Source of the DNA: the human T2T-CHM13v2.0 reference genome, Homo sapiens
Assembly (NCBI RefSeq): GCF_009914755.1
Contig: NC_060929.1
Reading direction: 5' to 3' (one strand)
DNA length: 64,000 nucleotides
Shown here: piece after piece, positions 56,278 through 64,000 of the stretch
Position numbering within the stretch: the stretch's first letter is position 1
How the letters are laid out: every line of letters starts with the position of its first letter
Position numbers and translations under genes: made by a program
Notes under the pieces: generated by a model
What the model saw: the letters and a program-made list of their open reading frames with translations, nothing else
Database searches by the model: none
Told to the model about the DNA's origin: nothing

Positions 56278-57829
56278 TCACCACTATTTTACTGAGGTCC
56301 AATCTCTGCAGTGAGGGTCAGGGTGTTCAATAACTTGCCTAAGGCCACAGAGCTAAGAAGCGAAGTCCCATTCTTCCTGTAAACCTTCTCTATCATTCCA
56401 GCTATGAGCAGAAAATGATTAAAAGTCAAAACTAAATGTTGCTGACTAGATTTTAACATAATTTATTTCATTTTCAAATGGGGAAAGTGAGGCTGAAAGA
56501 GGAAAATCTTATTTCTTTGACTCTTCATTGTAAACTCTCTGTTCTTCAATGCTGAATTAGACTACGACCCCTGAATTCACTGTGGAATTTTATGCCTCTC
56601 GCCCCACCACCCTCATTCTACTCTAAGGAGGAGTAGATGCTATGAATCAGTCCCTTCTAAGGACTAACAGTGGCTGAAGATTACACTATACTCTTTTAAA
56701 AATAAGTGAATAAAAGCACCTGTGCATGTATTGTGAAAATTTCAAAGGATCCCACAGGCAGGAGGGGAGATGAGGGTAGCCTGATTGCCTCTCTGGCTCT
56801 TTCCTGCATCCTTCTCTTCCACTCCTAGGGCTAAAAGTGCCAGGCTTGCACCCTCAGGAGAAGCCCAGGCCCCTTCTTGCAGGCTCTCCCATCCCTCTCA
56901 CCTGCCAGCCCCATGCTGCCTAAGGCATTGCAGCCTGTCTCTTTCTAATTGGTTCTTTTTTCTCCTGCACTATATTCTGGATTTGCTTTCCCTCAAATCA
57001 GAGTGGTGAGACATACAATTTGGCTTTAGGTGAAATAGAGGAAGCCTTCTATGCTGTTAGGATTCTAGGGCACTTCAACCATCTAGCTTAGGTAAAGGCC
57101 TTCTCCTTGGGCCCAGCCTAGCTTCTCAGAGTTTACATAGGGTTTGGGGTGGAGGGGCAGAAAGTTAAAAAGAAAATATTGTTGACTTTATGTTTTTTTT
57201 TTTTTTTTCTGTGTGTTTGTGTGTGTATATACCCTTTAGGGACCTTTGAGGGAAAGGACTGGAGAGGCCAAGGCAGAATTTAGGTACCACTGTAGAGTCA
57301 TTTCATTATCACCCCTTATTAACTCCCTGTATAGCCATTCCCTGCAAAGCCCTCCCTCTCATCTATGACCCTCCCCTGGCCTGAGTGAAGCCTGTCCAAT
57401 GTGGAGGCTCAGCCCAGTTGTTCCCACCTCTGTAAGCATCTTTCAACCTGCCAGGCAGAAATAATCCCTTTGTCTTTGGAAGCCCACGAGGTCTGTTGAC
57501 ACAATAGAAACAGTGCTATAGCACTCACCACAGTGTACTGTAATGAGCTGTTTACTTATTTGTGTTTTTCACTACATATTGACCTCCTTAAGGAGCTTGA
57601 CTTGATCTTATTTATCTCTAAGTTTCCACAGCTAAATAAATATTTGCTAAGTCAAATTGAATTCCCACCCCCAATTCATTGCAATATATCAGGTAGAGGG
57701 ACGCCATAGAGTTCTTTGATTTTAAGGAAACCTTGATTGTAAAATGTACCTTAGATTTACTGTTTGGGGGGTCGATATGTTATTCAGTGTACTTGTGCAC
57801 ATGTGTACTAATGATGCACAAGAATTCCG

Positions 57830-58040
57830 GCTGAGAATTGAACTCTGGTTTGAACACTGGCTCTACCACTGACAAGCTCTGAGGCCCTGGGCAAGTGCCT
57901 TAATTTCTCTGTGCCTCAGTTTCCTCAATTGTAAAATGGAGCAGATGGATCTACCTCATATGGCTGGTTGTGAGGATTAAATGAGTTAACATATGTTGAG
58001 TATTTTGAGTGTATCCTAGCACACAGTAAATACTTTTTAA
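57830..58040 (+). mobile_element. MIR SINE
   Basis: ctgggcaagtgccttaatttctctgtgcctcagtttcctcaattgtaaaatgg...gtgaggattaaatgag. Confidence 0.85.
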
Positions 58041-58984
58041 CTGTTTGTACTGATATAATCAGAAACAGTAAAATGTAAATATATATACCTTAAATTCATA
58101 TAAAATTTAATATTCTAAAAGCAGACTTTCACAAGTCTTAGTTCAGGACAGTTTCCATAGCAGTAGGTGCCTTCGTTATTGGCTGTTCTTTATCTGGGCA
58201 CTTGAAGGGTTACTCTTTGTTCCATCCACTGGGACCTTGCATACTTTTCTTGTATTATCATCCTTTTTTCTTTTCATCAGTCTTGTTTTCACCTGAAGGG
58301 CTGGCCCAGTATCTTATATACTTTAAAATCAGCTGGCAGGGAGTCTAACAAACAGTAAGTACATAATAAAACAGTAAATGAACAAATGAATCACCAGTGG
58401 AACCCACACATAACACCTGGAATCAATGAATAGATAGTACATATTCGGATAACTGGAGTTACAGTCAACAAATTAACAAACCCTCACCTTCTTGTTCCAC
58501 CTCTGACAGGCACATACTCATATTTTGGGGACAGACTTAAACAGGTACCAGATTATACATGCATTTTGTGCCCATTTTCCCTATTGCTGGCCTTATCTCT
58601 TATCTGAGCTGGAATGTGGACAATTTTCTCCATGCTCATCTTCATTATTGATCCAATCACACTTTTTTTCTCTGTTTCCCATCCTAAATTGCATTTCCTT
58701 ACATGAGCCTTTGCCCTGCACATGACAACCTTTTACTTATTCAGAATTTTCAATTGACTGTTTATATTTTGATACTATATTCTTACTCATGTGTCCTGCT
58801 CTGTTAAGGTATGAAGTTTCCTACATTATTATTATTATTATGGTGGCATTATTATCGTGGCAGGAGTCCTTCATGTGCTACAACTGGAAACTATTTAATA
58901 AATGCTTTTGGATAAAATATTGACATTGGCTTGCGTGACTTGTTATTTGAGAGATAAAGAATATGGAAAAGGTAGCCAGTACAA

Positions 58985-59600
58985 TTATTCAGCCTTCTAT
59001 TTATTAAAAACCTATAAAGCCTGTGTGACAGGTATGATGCCAGGTGCTGACAGTCTAACTAGGGAGATAAGATGGAAAGGTATTAAAATATATCATTACT
59101 TGCAGTATTGTTGAACCCAGCATTGTAGGCCTTCAGCAAAGGGTCCATCCATTGAGAAAGGCCAGAGTGTTCACAGTCAATTTTTGTGAAGAGAATGGAA
59201 CTTGAGTGACCTTGAAGGACTAAAAGATTGAAGCTAGCGATGGGGAGGAAGTCAAGTATTCAAGCAGAGGAGTATGGCAGAGAGGCAGGAATGAGCATGC
59301 CGTATGAGGAAGTGAGACCAGTTTGACTGGAATGGAGACCAGGAATCTTCAAATGCTAGGCCCAGGCATTTGATGTAGACTAAAACAGGTTTCTCAGAGG
59401 AGAATGATGTAGTGGAATCAGTTAAGAGAAGATAATCTAACGAAATTTTGCAAATAGGATTGAAGAATAGAGGGCATTGCCTTGGGGAGGCCAGCTGGGA
59501 ATCACATTGTGAATGAGTCGAGATGGCAGGATGGGAATGGAGAGAAGACAAGGACATGAAGATGTTTGGAAAGACATGCAGAGCCTAACAGATCATCCTT
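58985..59600 (-). mobile_element. LINE-2 relic
   Basis: Purine-rich antisense L2-like sequence; weak. Confidence 0.45.
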
Positions 59601-60475
59601 CTTGTGATTTGCTTGGAGTTCAGCATATGTTCTTGCCTGTGGGACTCCTGTGGTGGTTTTACTTCACGTTTCCCTATTTACCCCGGCCCCCATCTTACCC
59701 CATCCATCCTTTTGAACTATTCATATAGAGTACAGCCACACCACAGCATGACAGGTGGGGACCAAACATTCAGTCATGTAAAACACACATTACTGTCATT
59801 AGGTTGAGTGGTGATGCTGGTGCTAGGTGTTAATAAAATGACAGGAAAGACTCTGCAAAGCTGGCCAGTAGCCTAGGACTTAGGTGAATTTGTCCTTATT
59901 ATAGCTATGCTTTGGCGTAATGAATGGCAGCTGTCTGACACCCTTATTCTCTTAGCCAAATCCCTCCCCATTTTGAGCAAGAAAATCAGAACTGGAGGAT
60001 GGGAGCCAACCAACCATCAATCCTCCCACCCCCAAATTCCCAAATGCACATCTTTACTATCTATCTTTGTGACATGAATTCTCCAGAAGATGAGTGAAGC
60101 TGCTGTGGTAAGGACCCTCAGCCTTCTCAGCCACACTTAGGAACTTGAAAAACATCATCACTGATGTTTCTTCCCTGTTCTCCTGCCATAACGGTTAGCC
60201 CTCATAGAAACTCATAGTATTCCATGTGGTTGTTTCATGGTAATCAATTTTCTCTCCCGAACTCAGTTCAGCTTCCTTTGAGGGCCTTCCATGTCTTATA
60301 CTTTTCTTCCTGCCTGGCAGAAGTGCTCACTAAGCAGTGGTTGGAAGAACGAATGAATAAACGATCACTAGTAGCAGTGAAGAGCTCATAACAACAGTCT
60401 TTTTGATTGATTGCAATTTTTGAAGAACTAAAAGTAAGCATATTCACAAGTATGCAGATAAGGTTACTTGTAACA

Positions 60476-60770
60476 CAGGATGAATATCCCTTATCTGAAA
60501 TGTTTGGGACCAGAAGTATTTCAGATTTCTGATTTTTTTAGATGTTGGAATATTTGCATATACATAATGAGATATCTTGTGGAGGGGAACCAAGTCTAAA
60601 GATGATATTTATGTTTCATATACACCCTATACACACAACCTGAGGGTAATTTTATAAAATATTTAAAATAATTTTGTGCATGAGACAAAATTTGTGTTAA
60701 GCACTTGTGTGTGGAATTTTCCAATTGTGGTGTCATGTCATCCCTCAAAAAGTTTTGGATGCTCAACCTG
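60476..60770. mobile_element. Tigger4/Zombi (MER46-type) MITE
   Basis: TIRs CAGGATGAATATCCC / GGATGCTCAACCTG followed by TA; tgggaccagaagt. Confidence 0.85.
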
Positions 60771-61938
60771 TATGAGGTTAAGTGTAGCATAAGCATCAAA
60801 TATAGTTATATGGACCTCAAGTTACAATAAATGGAGGAATAGCCAAGTCTCAGTCAAGAACCGTATGCTTTAAGGATCATCTACTGAGAACTTCTCACTT
60901 TTAAAATGAGGTCTAAAGGAAAGAGGTGACTTGTCCAAGATCCCATTTCTGGTGGAAGAGCCTGAAATAAAACTGAGAAAAGGCTATTTCTAAGTCTGCC
61001 CTCAGACTACTGCCTCTGGAGACTTATCCTTCAGGGACCCCTCCAGGAGATCCGTGGGTGCTGCCAGAGCTCTCCATGCCAAAACCTCTTGCTCCAAACT
61101 CTTTTGGCCAACAACTCTTCCAAAGTCTTGCCAGTTGATGAGTCAGAGAAAAAGAAGTGGCAGCAACAGAAGAAGAACTAAGAACGGAGGAAGGAGCTGG
61201 CCAGCAAATGTGGGACAAGGGCTGTGGGGAGACACTGGTGACAGTGGTGAGATGGGTCTGAGACTCAGGGCAGTGGAGACTCAGGCATCTGCTCTCAGAG
61301 TTTGGAGAGCTCCTTTCTGCTGCAGGAGCAGAAAAGAGATGCAAGTTTCCAGTGAACCAGATATTTCCAAAGAATATCTGCAAACCTACTCTGAGATTTT
61401 CGTTTAAAATACATTTGAACTGAGACATGATATAAACAGGGCATTTTGTGCCCTGAGTGTGGAGAGTCAGAGAAAATTATCCTCAGAGAAAGAAGAAAGA
61501 AGCAACCTCACAGAGCAGAGTAAAGGTGAGAAATGAATCATCTGAGCCGGGGCATAAAATATTAGCTCCTGACAGCTTTTCTGTCCCAGGCCTCAGTCCC
61601 CGTGTTCCTCCTTTTTTTATTTAAACAAATTTAAATGAGTTTTTGTTCCTTGCAATCAAATAGTTCCTGACTAATATCTGGAGTCATAAATTGCAATTCT
61701 TCACCTTCTGTCTCCTACCAACTTGAACACCTAATCCAAGAAAATAAAGACAAACAGAATAGCCAACAATTATGCAATAGTAATTAAACACTTTCATGCA
61801 ATCCTAGTTTTGTTACTCATTTGTAAACTAGTCTGTGAGTCTAATCACCATTTGCAATATTATTTCTACATCAAAATGCATTTTGAGCTCCCAACATCCA
61901 AGTTAGTAATTTTAAAAACTAGCTTAAAGGTTAATTTC

Positions 61939-61973
61939 TGCGCACGCATGCATGCATGTGTGTGTGTGTGTGT
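61939..61973. repeat. Alternating purine-pyrimidine tract (GC/CATG/TG)
   Basis: TGCGCACGCATGCATGCATGTG(TG)n. Confidence 0.9.
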
Positions 61974-63369
61974 TTGAAGTAACTTTGTCCATTTATAGAT
62001 TAATGTTACAGTGCAAAAAACAAAATGGATTTTGGACTCTGTTGGCTGAATCACTAGTGACTGTAGGACTCTGGACAAGTCAATTCAATTTTTTGAACAT
62101 CAGTTTGTTTCATTATTCCTAAAATGGGTTGGGGGCCATAATACTCTCACCTTTGGATTGTTTTGATGATTAATTGACTTAGTTCCCATTAATTGCTGGT
62201 GTTTGACACATAGCAGGCCTTCCATAGATGGTAATTCTTTCCTTTTTCTTTTTTGTCTTCTTTTTTTTTTTTCACCATGGTCAGATGAGTCCTATCCACT
62301 GATATAGTCCCTCAAACACACTAATTATTTGGTTTATTTTTGCTAAGCTGGAAGCAGATGAAAGTTGACTTTTGCATTACTGACAAGCCTCTTTCAAACT
62401 ATGTTGTCTCCTATTATTTCACCAAACCCCTGGATTATTTCCTGATCTTGGGAAAAGAAGAGAGGGTTTTTTTTGTTTTGTTTTGTTTTTTTTAAGGCTA
62501 TTGACTAAATGCAAATCCGAATTCAAAGAGTTACCAGTATAATTTATTTATTTTATTGAATGATAACTCTAGCATGTAGAACTAAGATCTTCAGGAAAGC
62601 AGCAGTGATGGCATCCTCTTAGATTCTCTTTATAGTCAGCTAGAGGGATCCTGATGCGATTTAGGTGTGATTTAGTTTGTCAGTGGATTAAACTTTGAAC
62701 TCCATTGTAAACAAATCAGCTGACTCTCCCTGCAGGAATTTTGCTTTTATGAGCAAGACTTCATTTCAGAGCCCACTTTTTTTTCTTTTTTTTTTGAAAG
62801 AGTTACATAGCCTACAGCTTTCCTGGGTCACACTTATTGGTGTCTTCATATTTTAATTTTAATAAGGACATGAGTAAATTATAGAATCCCAGTTGACTAT
62901 GTTTTGTTCTTTGGAGTGGAGATGAATTTCTCAAAGTTCTTCTCATCACTTATGCTGTGAATTATATCACTGAAGAAGTTGAGAATTACTATGCAGAGTG
63001 TAAGAGTATGAATTTAAGAAGAGATTGGAATATGTTTTAAGAGCTGATGCAAAATAATCAGTATGTAGAATATACAGGGAGAAACTTGGTGACTCAATGG
63101 GACAAGGGAGTCCACATGACTGATTCTTCAAGTCTAAAGCTCATAACCCTCTCTCTTCTGTATACATCATACCCAAATGTACATACTGTACATGTGTATT
63201 GGTTTGATAAATGTGCTTTTTAATAATGTTGCCTTTTAATTCACTGACAATAGATTTTTTCATGTGACAGTGCCAGTAGGTGTTCATTTTAGGAAATCAG
63301 ACCTCATCGTTTTACAAAAGAAATAATATTATCAACAGAAATAAGACTGAAAAACAATGACTAGACTAA

Positions 63370-63570
63370 GGAGAACTAAAACTTACTAAGCGCTCACTTT
63401 ATGCTGGGTACTGTGCCAAGTGTGTTAAATACTCATTACCTCTTTTAATTCTTGGAGCCACCTTATAAGTTCTATTGTTATTTCCTTTATACCATTGCTG
63501 AAATTAGATTAAGTTACTCGCCCAGGGATATACACAGTGCAGTGAGATTCAAACAGAAGCCATTTGTTCT
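63370..63570 (-). mobile_element. MIR SINE
   Basis: ttactaagcgctcactttatgctgggtactgtgccaagtg...gggatatacacag. Confidence 0.65.
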
Positions 63571-64000
63571 GCTGGGCAATATGTACTTTGTGTCCGATCC
63601 CATAGAAGAGTATTATTTTAACAAAGTCAGATTGAACTTATTAGTGATGTGGGAACTATTTAACAGATAGGAACTTCAGAGCAATTGGAAATATCTCAGT
63701 TAGTGACAGATGTTGTTGATCACAAAAGTTCTTCCAGATCGCTTGCTTCATTGGTCAAACTCAATTTTAGAAAGGTGCCGATTCACCAACACAGTAGTTT
63801 TGTATTATGGCCAGATGCTTATTCAATACTTGAGAATGTTTTCTCTCAATTCAGTCTAATGGGAAATTAACCAATGGCTTTTGGGGAAAGCAAAAAAATG
63901 AAAGGGCTGGGATAGGATACAGATAATAATCTTGTTCATAAAGGAGCTGCCAATCCCCCACCCTCTGCTGAGGGCATCCCAGGGATTGCCAGTTGCTTTG

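Noticed and set aside
54793-56302. Dense ORF cluster suggesting a GC-rich gene or CpG island
   Set aside because: Fully inside the MER52 LTR, and CpGs are largely decayed to TG/CA

Overview
Primate, almost certainly human, non-coding genomic DNA (intronic or intergenic). The human call rests on a diagnostic AluYb8. I find no credible protein-coding exon, RNA gene or CRISPR array. The ORF track is almost entirely Alu-, LTR- or DNA-transposon-derived or chance ORFs. The window is a transposon stratigraphy. It holds 10 Alus (one AluYb8), two independent solo HERV-H LTR7s 3 kb apart, and solo MER41A, MER52, MST, MLT1 and MLT2A LTRs. It also holds a truncated THE1 provirus, a decayed ERVL (integrase and dUTPase remnants), L1/L2/MIR relics, several MITEs, and a near-full-length hAT Charlie3 with a broken transposase nested in Tigger3. 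Outside repeats there are two transcription-factor motif clusters (~20.5 kb and ~46.5 kb), a candidate non-coding exon and a recursive-splice-like AG|GTAAGT site. I found no evidence of a genuinely new biological system. Repeat subfamily names come from my recall of consensus sequences and need RepeatMasker/Dfam confirmation.
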